DNA of 64,000 bases, taken from positions 43,547 through 107,546 of IMG/VR virus record IMGVR_UViG_3300036984_000039, one strand, 5' to 3'. A program made the position numbers and the translations under genes. The notes below the pieces were generated by a model. That model saw nothing but the letters and a program-made list of their open reading frames with translations, was not told the origin of the DNA and did no database searches. Shown here piece by piece: positions 18,696-28,465 of the stretch. How positions within the stretch are numbered: position 1 is the stretch's first letter; every line of letters begins with the position of its first letter. The stretch is from a virus. Its lineage: Duplodnaviria; Caudoviricetes.

Positions 18696-20349
18696 GGGCG
18701 AATAACTCCACGTCGGCGTCCGCGCCCTGCCCACCCACAATCCTCTCAGCGGCCATTAGCAGGGCGCTACGCACGACTTCCGGGTAAATGCCGGTCTCAG
18801 GCGCGGGTGGCTCAGATAGGCTCGCTACGGCGTCCTGCGCCTCACTCGCCTTGACCTCTGCCTCCGGCTGTTCCGTGCCCGCCTGCGCCTTCTGGCCCGG
18901 CGCGGTCGCGGGTGGCTCTTTGGTTGGCTTACCGTTACCCGCAGCGGCATTGGCGGCAGCCGCGGCGCTCTTGGCAAGCTGTGGCGGTACGACGCCCGGC
19001 GTATTGGGCGGCAACTCGCCGGCAGCAGCCTGCGCCGCCAACTGCTTCGCCGCTTCCGCCGCCGCTTTCTCGGCATCCGCTTTCGCCAGCTTTTGCGCTT
19101 CCTCGATATCCTTCGCGCTCTTGTACGGCATATTGAAAATCGCGCGCAACCACTCGGCATCTTCCGGCGCGGCGACGTTCAGGAATTCCGTGATATTGGC
19201 GAGCCATTGCGCGGTCGCGGGCGGCAGGACGGTGACGCGGGAATGGCTGATACGGGGATGATCGGAGATGCTGCCAAACTTACCGGGGTTGTTCGCCAAC
19301 ATACGCGGTACAAGATGCCGATTCCACACGTCCTGGATGCGATCCAGTGCGCCGTCCACGCCCATCGTAAACGCATCGTACATCGTGCCGCCGAGCGACT
19401 GCGTACCGCGCTCGGTGCTGCCCAAGCGCACGAACGTCGCAGCTTGCAGCGCGGCGATCTCCCAACGCAACTGGTCGATCCAGCCGCGAATGTCGCCCAG
19501 GTTGGAGAGTGAGACGGTCTTGAGGTCGCCGTCAACCATCGGGCCGGGCAACTTGACGTACTGCAACTCGCCCGCGGCCAGGCCCTCGCCGATCTCATCG
19601 ACGGCGTTCAGGATCTTGTCATCGGGCGGTGAGAGGAATTTGAACCACGGCAGGCCGGTGCCGCCGCGCTGCGCGGTCGCGCCGCCGATCTGTTCAAGCT
19701 GCTCAATCAGGTACGCAATCCAGTACGCGGGTTCGAGCCAACCCAGGCCCTCAATGCTGCCGCGCTCGTCGCCACCCACGTAATGCAGGAGCTTTTCAAT
19801 GGGGATCGGCTCGGTCTGTTTGCCGGTGTTCGGGTCGGTTTGAATCATGGCTTGCAGGCCACCCGTTTCGTCAAGCTCCCATTTGTAGAGCGTTTCCTGG
19901 CGGCGCGTGGCGAGCTTCTTGAGGCCGATCAGCCCATCATCCCATTTGCTCGGCGCGGCGTCCTTGCCGGTGGGATTCTGACCGTTGCGCTTCTTCCAGA
20001 CGATTTCGTGGTCGGCCCACCCGAAGGCCCAGGAGGACAGTGCAAATTGCACTGCGGACGCCAGGCTGGTACTAGTATCCTGTAAGCATTGATCCACGAA
20101 CTCCGCGGCGTCCTGGTCAGCTTTGCTTTCGGCGGCGGGCGTCACCGTCCAACGCACTGACGAAGCGGCCAGGGTAACCATATTCCATGAGGTGTAGGCA
20201 GAAGGTTCACGACGCAAAACGCGGGCCATCTTGGCAATTCCCGATGGCCCGCGAAGAATTTCTGCATAGCGGTCACTGAGCAGACCGGCATACTCTTGCA
20301 CACCGGTAACGCCCATAGACGCATAGAGGTTGAATTTCTTAGTCGGCAT
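18688..20349 (-). CDS. Portal protein (DUF935/Mu gp29-like)
   Basis: 553 aa after terminase; FGWADHEIVWK, IPIEKLLHY, RHLVPRM. Confidence 0.8.
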   Translation of the reverse strand: MPTKKFNLYASMGVTGVQEYAGLLSDRYAEILRGPSGIAKMARVLRREPSAYTSWNMVTLAASSVRWTVTPAAESKADQDAAEFVDQCLQDTSTSLASAVQFALSSWAFGWADHEIVWKKRNGQNPTGKDAAPSKWDDGLIGLKKLATRRQETLYKWELDETGGLQAMIQTDPNTGKQTEPIPIEKLLHYVGGDERGSIEGLGWLEPAYWIAYLIEQLEQIGGATAQRGGTGLPWFKFLSPPDDKILNAVDEIGEGLAAGELQYVKLPGPMVDGDLKTVSLSNLGDIRGWIDQLRWEIAALQAATFVRLGSTERGTQSLGGTMYDAFTMGVDGALDRIQDVWNRHLVPRMLANNPGKFGSISDHPRISHSRVTVLPPATAQWLANITEFLNVAAPEDAEWLRAIFNMPYKSAKDIEEAQKLAKADAEKAAAEAAKQLAAQAAAGELPPNTPGVVPPQLAKSAAAAANAAAGNGKPTKEPPATAPGQKAQAGTEQPEAEVKASEAQDAVASLSEPPAPETGIYPEVVRSALLMAAERIVGGQGADADVELFAHA

Positions 20350-20462
20350 GACGCCTCCAATCAGGCGGACGAGGCGTCAACGCGCCTTTGGCGGGTGGAT
20401 ATTTGCATAAGTGTTAGTATAGCACTTCCGTTGCATTTTCGCAATAGGCAAAATATCACGCA

Positions 20463-21932
20463 TTACGCGGGCATGGCCCAGCGGTTCGGCGTCCTCTTTC
20501 CCGTCCCACCGATGGCATCGAATGACCATCCGGTTTGCCCGCGGCCCGCGCAGGCCAGGGCAAAGGACATAGCAAGGTCATCATGTTCTCCAGTCGGCGC
20601 GCTCAGCGTCGCGCCCTCTATCAATGCCAATTCTGTGAGGGACTCGAAGTCGTGCAGCTTGACCTCGCCGTTGCGCAGTTGGTCGGCCAGCGTGTTGTAC
20701 ATCAGCGTCTTGGAGAGCGTGGTCGTGCGCCAACCGGTCTTACCGTCATGGCCGGGCAGCAGGTAGAGTTTGGAGTGCTCGCGCAACCATAGGAGCACGG
20801 CGGTGCCTATGGAATTTGTCTCCAACATCACGGCCGCACGCATGTAAAACGTTCCGGTCATATCGACATACGAAGCCAAGACGGACGGTTCCACGCGTTC
20901 CCCGAACACCGCGGCCTGCTCGCCGGTCGTGCAATCGAGCACCTGAAAGGCCGAGGCGTCCGAGCCGGGATTGCCTTCGGCGGGATCGACGCCAATTACG
21001 TAGCGACCATCGGGTTTGGGCGGCGCGAAGATGCGCAGGCCGGGCACGGCGGGCGCACCGGGTACGTTACGCAGTGGCGGCATCTCGGCGGCGCAGAGCG
21101 TGAACCAGTCGGCGGCCAGGCGCTTGTCGAGTTGCGCGGGCCGTAACGCTTCTTCGTCGGTCAGCGGGTATTGCTCAAGCACATCGTCCAGCGCACCGGT
21201 GCGCGCCAGCACGTCGCGTTTTTGGGCCTCATACCATGCCTGCGTCCGTGAGGGCCGCGCTGTCCAGGGCAGGAACACCGGCGTCCATTCGCTGCTTTCC
21301 GGGTCACGCACCGCGCCGCGGTAGATAGCCTTGAAGATGGATTGCGGTTGGGTTTTGTCGCTTCGACTCAGAAGCGTCATGCGGCCGCCCGCGTCGATGG
21401 TCGGCTTGGCGCGGCGCAACAGGTCGTTCAGGTCGGGACAGATGTCGGCTTCGTCCACAAGCGCGTAGGTGACCGTGAATGCGTCACCGGCTCCGGCTGG
21501 CAAGGCGCGGGCGATGGAGCCATTGGACAGGCCCCAGGTATGATCGGAATCATTCGTAATGGTGATGCCCGCCTTGAGCCAGGCCGGCAGCCGCTCCCAC
21601 ATGCCGCGCAAGCGTTCCGGGCCGAGCAGGTAGACCGCTTCGCGATCCGTGCGACAGAAGATCAGGATGGTTGCCGCGGGTCGGAAGATCATCAGCCACA
21701 GCGCATAGGCCAGGCACAGCCACGTCATACCCAGTTGCCGCGCCTTGAGGATCACGACAAGCCGGTCGGCCTCCAACGTCTGCGCGACCTCGATCTGGCG
21801 CGGCCACAGGTGAAACGACAGCCAGTCGCCGGACACCGCGTCGTAAATCTCGCAGTAGGTATGCACGAAGTAAGCCAGCGCCTTGCGGCATAACGCAGCT
21901 TGGAGGATAGTTTCTTGCGCGCCTATTGACAT
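20463..21932 (-). CDS. terL: Terminase large subunit
   Basis: ILKARQLGMT, LVDE, IGVDPAEG, HDDLAMS. Confidence 0.92.
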   Translation of the reverse strand: MSIGAQETILQAALCRKALAYFVHTYCEIYDAVSGDWLSFHLWPRQIEVAQTLEADRLVVILKARQLGMTWLCLAYALWLMIFRPAATILIFCRTDREAVYLLGPERLRGMWERLPAWLKAGITITNDSDHTWGLSNGSIARALPAGAGDAFTVTYALVDEADICPDLNDLLRRAKPTIDAGGRMTLLSRSDKTQPQSIFKAIYRGAVRDPESSEWTPVFLPWTARPSRTQAWYEAQKRDVLARTGALDDVLEQYPLTDEEALRPAQLDKRLAADWFTLCAAEMPPLRNVPGAPAVPGLRIFAPPKPDGRYVIGVDPAEGNPGSDASAFQVLDCTTGEQAAVFGERVEPSVLASYVDMTGTFYMRAAVMLETNSIGTAVLLWLREHSKLYLLPGHDGKTGWRTTTLSKTLMYNTLADQLRNGEVKLHDFESLTELALIEGATLSAPTGEHDDLAMSFALACAGRGQTGWSFDAIGGTGKRTPNRWAMPA

Positions 21933-21954
21933 TGTATAGATTCCGCGATACAAT
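21926..21954 (+). promoter_or_regulatory. Promoter of leaderless tnpB
   Basis: TTGACA-N17-TACAAT, 6 nt before ATG; -35 overlaps the terL start on the opposite strand. Confidence 0.7.
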
Positions 21955-21960
21955 ATCGCC

Positions 21961-23163
21961 ATGAGATTAACGTACAAGTATCGAATCTTTCCGAGTAAAT
22001 CACAGCGAACTTCCCTTAAGAAGGTACTTGGTGCATGTCGCTTCGTGTACAACAAGGCATTGGAAACTAGAAAAAATGCATGGGAAGAACGCCAAGAAGC
22101 TGTCAGTAAATACGATACGATTAATCTCATCCCTCAGTGGAAAGCTGAAAATGAATGGCTTAAAGACGGTCACGCACAGGCTATGCAAGAAGCCTTGACG
22201 CGTCTTGATTTGGCTTTCCGCTCGTTCTTTCGCCGCGTGAAAGCTGGAGAAAAACCAGGATATCCACGATTCAGATCGGCTGATCGTTACGATTCGTTTA
22301 CGTATCCTCAAGAAAGGGGCAACTGGCGATTTCTCGATAATGGCCGCGTACGTCTGTCTAAGATTGGTGATGTCAAAATCAAGTTGCACCGCCCTCTTAG
22401 CGGGGAGTGCAAGACCCTGACCATTCAACGCGATGCTATTGGCAACTGGTACGCTTGCTTCTCTTGCATCGTTGAAGCCAATCCACTGATACCTACGGAT
22501 AAGATAGTTGGAATCGACGTTGGTTTGACTCACTTTGCAACCCTGAGCGATGGAAGCCAAATTGATAATCCCCGCTTCTTTCGCAAGAGTGAAGATGCAC
22601 TTGTAGCCGTACAGCGCCACTTGTCGAAAGAGACAAAGGGCACACCGGGATTTCATCATTACAAGCGTGTGCTCAATCATATTCATCAGCGAATTGCCAA
22701 TCGGCGCAAGAACTTTGCACACCAAGAATCGCGTAAGCTGATCGACAAGTATCAACTAATCGCCTTTGAGGATTTGGACATCAACGGTATGATGGACGGC
22801 AACCACCGCGGTATGAACAAGAGTATTTGTGACGTTGCGTGGAATCAATTTGTGCAATTCACGACGAGCAAGGCGGAAGGTGCTGGCCGTCGCGTGGTAC
22901 TTGTTGATCCGCGTAACACAACAAAACTCTGTTCCCGTTGCGGTGAAATTGTCCCCAAGAAAATGTCCGTTCGTGTTCATGTCTGCCCTAAGTGCGATAT
23001 CGTGCTTGATCGGGATCATAATGCTGCTTTGAACATTCTTGCCCGCGGATTAGCTGGCATCAGCACCGGTTCGCCGGTTGTAGCTGTAGAAGCCCCGGCT
23101 TTAGCCGTGGGAGTAATCACTGACACGGCCATGTTTTCAGTATATGCTAAGGCAACACGTTAG
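21961..23163 (+). CDS. tnpB: IS200/IS605 TnpB RNA-guided nuclease (no tnpA)
   Basis: YKYRIFP, GIDVGL, IAFEDL, CSRCG...CPKC, DRDHNAALN; right end GAAGCCCCGGCTTTAGCCGTGGGAGTAATCAC ends at 23120. Confidence 0.95.
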   Translation: MRLTYKYRIFPSKSQRTSLKKVLGACRFVYNKALETRKNAWEERQEAVSKYDTINLIPQWKAENEWLKDGHAQAMQEALTRLDLAFRSFFRRVKAGEKPGYPRFRSADRYDSFTYPQERGNWRFLDNGRVRLSKIGDVKIKLHRPLSGECKTLTIQRDAIGNWYACFSCIVEANPLIPTDKIVGIDVGLTHFATLSDGSQIDNPRFFRKSEDALVAVQRHLSKETKGTPGFHHYKRVLNHIHQRIANRRKNFAHQESRKLIDKYQLIAFEDLDINGMMDGNHRGMNKSICDVAWNQFVQFTTSKAEGAGRRVVLVDPRNTTKLCSRCGEIVPKKMSVRVHVCPKCDIVLDRDHNAALNILARGLAGISTGSPVVAVEAPALAVGVITDTAMFSVYAKATR

Positions 23164-23178
23164 TCAACAGGATGGCAC

Positions 23179-23694
23179 ATGGCAAAGATCAAAGACTTCA
23201 AGACTGCTTCGGTGAATAGCAACCGACATACACAAAGAGGCTTAAGCGCACTAGACAAGTCCATCCGCACCGATGGCTGGATCGGCGCGATGACGACCGC
23301 TGCCGATGGCGAGATGATCGCTGGTAGTGCGCGCCTGGAGCGCATAGCCGATGTGTTCGGCGTCGAGATTGAACCACTGGTTATCGAAACTACCGGACAA
23401 CAGCCGATAGTCATTGTTCGCAAAGACATTCCCAATGCTGCCGATCCACGCGCGCAGCGCCTAGCCGTGGCCGACAATCGCATCGCACAACTCGATCTCA
23501 GTTATGATGTTGAAGTGCTCGCTGGTCTGAGCGCCGAAATTCTGGAAGGCTTGTTTGAACCGCAAGAGTTATCCGACCTGGGCCAGCAGTGGGCGGAGCA
23601 GCAGCCGCCTGACTTCAAGGAGTATGACGAGTCCGCCGCCGATGACGTGGAGATGTGCACGTGCCCGAAGTGCGGTCACAGCTTTCCAAAATGA
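23179..23694 (+). CDS. ParB-like N-terminal domain protein
   Basis: NSNRH...LDKSIRTDGW...IAGSARL...LAVADNRI; C-terminal CPKCG. Confidence 0.75.
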   Translation: MAKIKDFKTASVNSNRHTQRGLSALDKSIRTDGWIGAMTTAADGEMIAGSARLERIADVFGVEIEPLVIETTGQQPIVIVRKDIPNAADPRAQRLAVADNRIAQLDLSYDVEVLAGLSAEILEGLFEPQELSDLGQQWAEQQPPDFKEYDESAADDVEMCTCPKCGHSFPK

Positions 23695-24779
23695 TGGATG
23701 ATTGGTTTCCGAAGGCGGAGAGTAGGCCGATTTCCCTTGAAGTAGCTTGGCGAGAAGTTGGAGAACCCGAACAGGAGTGCGATATATCGAGATTCGCAAT
23801 CGGAGATGAGTGGCACAAACTTCGACAGGGGCAAAAAAGTACAAGATTTCTTAGTCTAGTAAAACCGCTACTATCTATGCCGAGTCCCACCATTACAAAG
23901 GGTACAGGCATGACACTATCTCTCGCTTCCGTTGTCCATCCTACAGAGTGCCGAAAATACTCAAGGCAGGAAGCGAAAAGAGCGACATCAATTCCGGATA
24001 CATTTATCTTTACAGGATCATGGGGCGAGTGCTTAGAGCGTATCGGTAACAGTGTCCCGCCCTTGTTTATGCGCAGTATCGCGAGAAACATAAAGAGCAT
24101 GATGGAAACCGGCCAACCGCTTCGCCAAGCAGGAGGATTGCAGAGGATAGCCGATTATCCGGCATACCTGGCAGCGGCCTGGGCCGAGCACCTTGCGCCA
24201 CGGCAAGCGGATGCGCCAACCGTCATCAGCACATTTGCCGGTGGAGGTGGAAGCAGCTTGGGCTACTCGATGGCTGGCTTCCGGGAACTACTGGCCGTCG
24301 AATGGGACGACAACGCAGTAGCGACGTTCAAACTCAACTTTCCAGATGTACCAGTCTATCACGGCGACATCTGCAAGTTGACGGTTGACGAGTGCCTGAA
24401 GCTGGCAGGCTTGACCGGGCCACGCCAGCTTGACGTACTAGATTCGTCGCCGCCGTGCCAGGGCTTCAGCACGGCAGGCAAGCGGGATTTTGGCGATGAC
24501 CGCAATCAACTCTTTCGCGAGTTCGTGCGCCTGCTGCGAGGACTACAACCGAAGGTCTTCGTCATGGAGAACGTGTCCGGTATGGTCAAGGGCAAGATGA
24601 AGCTGATCTTTGCCGACATCCTGCGGGAACTGAAAGCGAGCGGCTATGTCGTCTCTGCTCGCTTGCTAAATGCGATGTGGTTCGGCGTGCCGCAGAGTCG
24701 GGAGCGCATGATCTTCATTGGCGTGCGAGAAGACTTGGGATCGCGCCGAGTCACCCGAAGGCAGAGAGTAGACTGGTAA
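23691..24779 (+). CDS. Circularly permuted C5-cytosine methyltransferase (TRD-IX-X then I-VIII)
   Basis: RIGNSVPP precedes FAGGGG, SPPCQGFS, ENV and QSRER. Confidence 0.85.
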   Translation: MMDDWFPKAESRPISLEVAWREVGEPEQECDISRFAIGDEWHKLRQGQKSTRFLSLVKPLLSMPSPTITKGTGMTLSLASVVHPTECRKYSRQEAKRATSIPDTFIFTGSWGECLERIGNSVPPLFMRSIARNIKSMMETGQPLRQAGGLQRIADYPAYLAAAWAEHLAPRQADAPTVISTFAGGGGSSLGYSMAGFRELLAVEWDDNAVATFKLNFPDVPVYHGDICKLTVDECLKLAGLTGPRQLDVLDSSPPCQGFSTAGKRDFGDDRNQLFREFVRLLRGLQPKVFVMENVSGMVKGKMKLIFADILRELKASGYVVSARLLNAMWFGVPQSRERMIFIGVREDLGSRRVTRRQRVDW

Positions 24780-25192
24780 AATTACGCGATGCCTTACCTA
24801 GTGCGGATGTGTCCGGTTTGCCAAAGTTTGACGATGTATATGCTCGATTGTGGCCGCGAGTGCCGGTGCCAACCGGTGCGCGGCTGACTTCAGCCGCGCA
24901 CCGCGTCATCGGGAAAGGATTCAATAGTTGCGTGAAACCCAATCCGAATATGCCATGCTGTACTTTGCCGAAAACGCAAACTGGCAGAGGATTTGCGACC
25001 ATTGCGCATTTTTCAGAACAACGCGCCTTGTCAATCGGTGAAGCAAAACGGATAGGATCATTTCCAGATGTGTTCCAAACCGTAGGGGATTATTCAACGC
25101 AATGGATGCGCATCGGCAACAGCGTGCCGCCGCTTCTCATGCGAAGTATCGCGCGGCACATTCGCGCAGAAATCCTAAGTAAAGCGCCATAA
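24730..25192 (+). CDS. Second TRD-IX-X module of C5 MTase (-1 frame relative to catalytic part)
   Basis: PSHPKAESR...EAKRIGSFPD...RIGNSVPPLLMRSIA; frame break at GACTTGGGATC. Confidence 0.75.
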
Positions 25193-25232
25193 TTTGTGCG
25201 TAACGGGGCTTGCATACGCAAGTTGAAACAAG

Positions 25233-25655
25233 ATGAGTAACCCAACGGGCAAAGGCGGCTTTGCCGAACGCAAGCACCAGATAAACAAGAAGGGGCGGCC
25301 AGCCTCCTTCGACGCTTTGCGCGCGCTTTCGCAGGAGATCGCGCACGAAGTTGCCAAGACGAAGGACGGTCAGCAGGTCGAGATTGAAGGGCACAGGGTC
25401 ACGAATGCCGAACTGATCCTGCGGCTCTGGGCATCCTCGCAGGACTTCCGCAAGCAGCAGGGCTTCATGGAGATCGCTTACGGCAAGGTGCCGCAGGAGA
25501 CGCGCATCACCGGCGCGGAGGGCAAGCCGTTGCTGAACATGCAGGAAGTCATCGCGCTGATGGCCCAGGCGGACAAGCTGCTGGCCGAGGGGATGGTAAC
25601 GTTGACGCCTGCTGAAACCGTCCTACCCGAACCGCCCGCGGAAGTTCACGAGTAG
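25233..25655 (+). CDS. Terminase small subunit (DUF5681-like)
   Basis: NPTGKGGF...INKKGRP; AYGKVPQETRITGAEGKPL. Confidence 0.7.
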   Translation: MSNPTGKGGFAERKHQINKKGRPASFDALRALSQEIAHEVAKTKDGQQVEIEGHRVTNAELILRLWASSQDFRKQQGFMEIAYGKVPQETRITGAEGKPLLNMQEVIALMAQADKLLAEGMVTLTPAETVLPEPPAEVHE

Positions 25656-25710
25656 CCGTTTGCCGCCTCATGGCGACATACTCGACTTGCGCGTGATCCG
25701 CATGTCCACC

Positions 25711-26046
25711 TCATAACCCAAGCGTGACCTGGCGCGCACAGTCGGCGTGATGTCCCACTCTGTCAAGGGCAGAACACCACGGGCAAATCCATTTATCATC
25801 CGAGAAGCATATCCACTCGATGGCTTCCAGCGCAGCGCGCAGCTTTGCTGCTTTCGCTTGCAGGTCGACAACCTCGGCGTGATATACTGCATTGACCTGC
25901 CTGAGCGCGGTTTCGGTATCGCGTAGGCGGGCGACCTCCGCCTGGAACTCGCCGCGCTGCACAAGCGCCAGACTCAGCGCCTCGGTCAGTTCTGCCACGT
26001 TGTCATCACTCACGTTGCAACCTCCGTCGTGTAAACCAACCACCAT
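25711..26046 (-). CDS. Coiled-coil hypothetical protein with CPWC...H..DC
   Basis: End of minus-strand small-gene operon 25711-27114. Confidence 0.5.
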   Translation of the reverse strand: MVVGLHDGGCNVSDDNVAELTEALSLALVQRGEFQAEVARLRDTETALRQVNAVYHAEVVDLQAKAAKLRAALEAIEWICFSDDKWICPWCSALDRVGHHADCARQVTLGL

Positions 26047-26541
26047 TCCTGGTAACGATAAATCTTGCGGCCTTGCGCATCATATTTGCCGGTATACTCG
26101 AAACCGGACAGCATTTGGCCGTCTGCGCCGACGAAATCCAACTTAGCGCGTTCCATATCCGCGACAATCCGCGCATCAGCGTCCGGGCCGGTGAAGGCCA
26201 GCGCCTCGCCCTTCTGGTCTACGGAGAGCAGGACGCGTCCGAGTCGCTTCGGTTTGGGCTGCTGCGTGATAAGCTCGTAGTAACGATTCATGGTCAACTT
26301 CCTTCCTGCGCTGTCCAGTGGATCAGCTTCAAAACCGCCGCCGCTCCGTAGGTCTGCCGCGCTCGACGCAAACCCACCTCGGCCTCCGCCTGGTCATAGA
26401 TGCGCGTCTTGCCCGCGCCGTCCTCAAGCTTAATCCAGCCGCCGAACAGCACCGCCGAAGCGTCCCATAGCCAAATTCCCCAATACTCGCGCATGTGGCG
26501 CACCAGCAACTTGTTACGCACTTCCTCGGTGTCCTGGTACA

Positions 26542-27114
26542 TCATGCACCTTCCTGTGTTACGCTCAGGGTACTTGCGACCCCCCACACCTTGACGCGCG
26601 TCTTGTGGTCGGGACGGATCAATTTACCCACCGCGAAGATGCGCGGTGGCTTGTCGTGCAGCAGATGATGCCACGCGCCGCGATAGGCGTTATACACCTC
26701 TCGGTCGTCACGCGGCACGGCGAGCGCCTCAAGGATTTCCGCGAACGTCAGCGGGCGCGCCTGCGCGATCATGCAAGCGAGCAGCCGCTCGGCCATGTCA
26801 TTCATGGCGACTTGCTGGTCTTGGCGCACGACCTGCCGTTCGACCTCCGCAACGCGGACCCGGCACGGCATAGGCTCCAAGCGGATCGCGGCGCGCATAC
26901 ATACGACGCGAAACTCACAAGGCTGATTGGTTGTCACGTCGAGGCACTTGCCCATGCCGTCCACGTCCTGCGCATCTCGCACGGCCACCAGCGGCGACAT
27001 GGCCGTTACGCGCACCTGATCCGCCTCAGCCTGCGTCATGCGCCAGGCGTTCGCTTCGCCCGGATCGCCACCGGCGAAATTGCGGGATGCGCGCCAGACG
27101 TGGCTACCGATCAT
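26542..27114 (-). CDS. Hypothetical protein with winged-helix-like C-terminus
   Basis: RBS and promoter at 27141-27169 upstream. Confidence 0.55.
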   Translation of the reverse strand: MIGSHVWRASRNFAGGDPGEANAWRMTQAEADQVRVTAMSPLVAVRDAQDVDGMGKCLDVTTNQPCEFRVVCMRAAIRLEPMPCRVRVAEVERQVVRQDQQVAMNDMAERLLACMIAQARPLTFAEILEALAVPRDDREVYNAYRGAWHHLLHDKPPRIFAVGKLIRPDHKTRVKVWGVASTLSVTQEGA

Positions 27115-27165
27115 GGTTCATTTCCCTCTTTCGTACGTATACTATAGCACAAGTCTTGCCATTTG

Positions 27166-27372
27166 TCAATCGGCAGTTTCGAGGTATTCCAGCAGCGCCA
27201 GCGCGCACAGATCATCGGCGCGCGCGTTGTGCTCGCGCGGCACCCACTTGATCCAGGCCCGTGCCTCGTCTAGCCGATCTTGAATTTCAAAGCACAAGGG
27301 CCGCAGGTGCGCCGCGTGAATCTGCCAGCGCCCATTGACCGTCAAGACCAACAGCCGCGAATCACTCAGCAG
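27166..27372 (-). pseudogene. RNase HI-like C-terminal fragment
   Basis: SDSRLLV..VNGRW...WVPREHNARADDL; N-terminal DG motif missing. Confidence 0.75.
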
Positions 27373-27374
27373 CC

Positions 27375-27422
27375 CTCATCCCACACGCCCGTGGGGTGAA
27401 CCCTAACGAGCGTTACCCCACG
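27375..27422 (+). repeat. Solitary type I-E-like CRISPR repeat plus partial inverted copy
   Basis: CTCATCCCACACGCCCGTGGGGTGAACC followed by GTTACCCCACG; no array. Confidence 0.4.
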
Positions 27423-27454
27423 TATGCGATTGTCAAAGCGTGTGAGTTCCTGGT

Positions 27455-28099
27455 TCATCTGGCGGCCTTACTGCTCCTACCATCCCCAGGCCGATAATCA
27501 ACAATCTTATCGTGCTTGCTGCAATTGCAGGACTTGCAAAGCGGCTGAAGGTTATCGATGGTATGCGATCCGCCTTTTGACAAGGGTACAATATGATCTT
27601 GCGTGATATTCTCTGACGAACCACATCGAAGACAGACGTTCCCGTAATGGTTACATAACTGCATCCATGCAGACTCGGAAACGACTCCACCAGCCCCCTT
27701 CTTTCTAGCTCTCCGCCGTCTGTGTGCCTCTCTTAGCTTATCGACGTTAGTCTTCTGCCATTTCCTTACCGCCTCCAAACATCGTCCCGGATGCCGCAAG
27801 TAGTATCGTCCCGGATGCCGCAAGTGGTACAGGCGATCATTTGCTTGCTTTTTGTCGGGGTTGTTTTTCGCCCACTGTCGAGACCTTTCTCTATCCCTAA
27901 CGGCTATTCCAGGATACCGTTCGCGTTGCTTCTCGTTGATCTCGTCCTTGTTTTTTGCGCGCCATTCGCGTTGATAAGCGGCATGTTCAGCCCTATTTTC
28001 CTGTCGCCAAATCCTTGAACGTTCTCTCCCGCATGGCGCGCATTTCCCGTTTTTCAACCATTCAGACGAACCACATCTAGGACATATCTTAGTAGCCAT
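27455..28099 (-). CDS. HNH endonuclease
   Basis: CLRCG...TQDHIVPLSKGGSHTIDNLQPLCKSCN; internal 24-nt tandem duplication. Confidence 0.9.
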   Translation of the reverse strand: MATKICPRCGSSEWLKNGKCAPCGRERSRIWRQENRAEHAAYQREWRAKNKDEINEKQRERYPGIAVRDRERSRQWAKNNPDKKQANDRLYHLRHPGRYYLRHPGRCLEAVRKWQKTNVDKLREAHRRRRARKKGAGGVVSESAWMQLCNHYGNVCLRCGSSENITQDHIVPLSKGGSHTIDNLQPLCKSCNCSKHDKIVDYRPGDGRSSKAAR

Positions 28100-28158
28100 T
28101 TGTCCAATTCCAAGTAAAGCGCGCAATACCGGCACAGCGCCAAAAATACTGTTCCTGC

Positions 28159-28338
28159 TCAGGCGTCGGGTTTAGTCGTATACGATGCGCTCTGTGCATC
28201 GACACCCTCCTTCTGTGCCTTCTCGCGAACGGCTATCTCGATGACTGCGGTACGCGTTACGCCCAACTTGTGCGCCAGCAACACGAGTAACTCGCGACAC
28301 TCATCTGTGAACCCGTAGGTGGATTTCGTCTTTGGCAT
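28159..28338 (-). CDS. RHH-like regulator (leaderless)
   Basis: LAHKLGVTRTAVIEIAVREKA; TTGACA-N16-TATAAT 6 nt before ATG. Confidence 0.7.
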   Translation of the reverse strand: MPKTKSTYGFTDECRELLVLLAHKLGVTRTAVIEIAVREKAQKEGVDAQSASYTTKPDA

Positions 28339-28465
28339 ATTTACATTATACATACTTTTCGCGTCTTGTCAAGCAACTGCAAACGGGGTTCTCAACTGAT
28401 TGCCTTGACTGTGTAACGGCTAAAAGCCTGTCCAGCGGGCCTATAGGGTGAAGTTAAATGCACGG

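Noticed and set aside
21933-22130. N-terminal extension of terL in the ORF track
   Set aside because: Antisense to tnpB; not terminase-like
27375-27422. CRISPR array
   Set aside because: Only one repeat-like unit, no spacer periodicity and no cas genes
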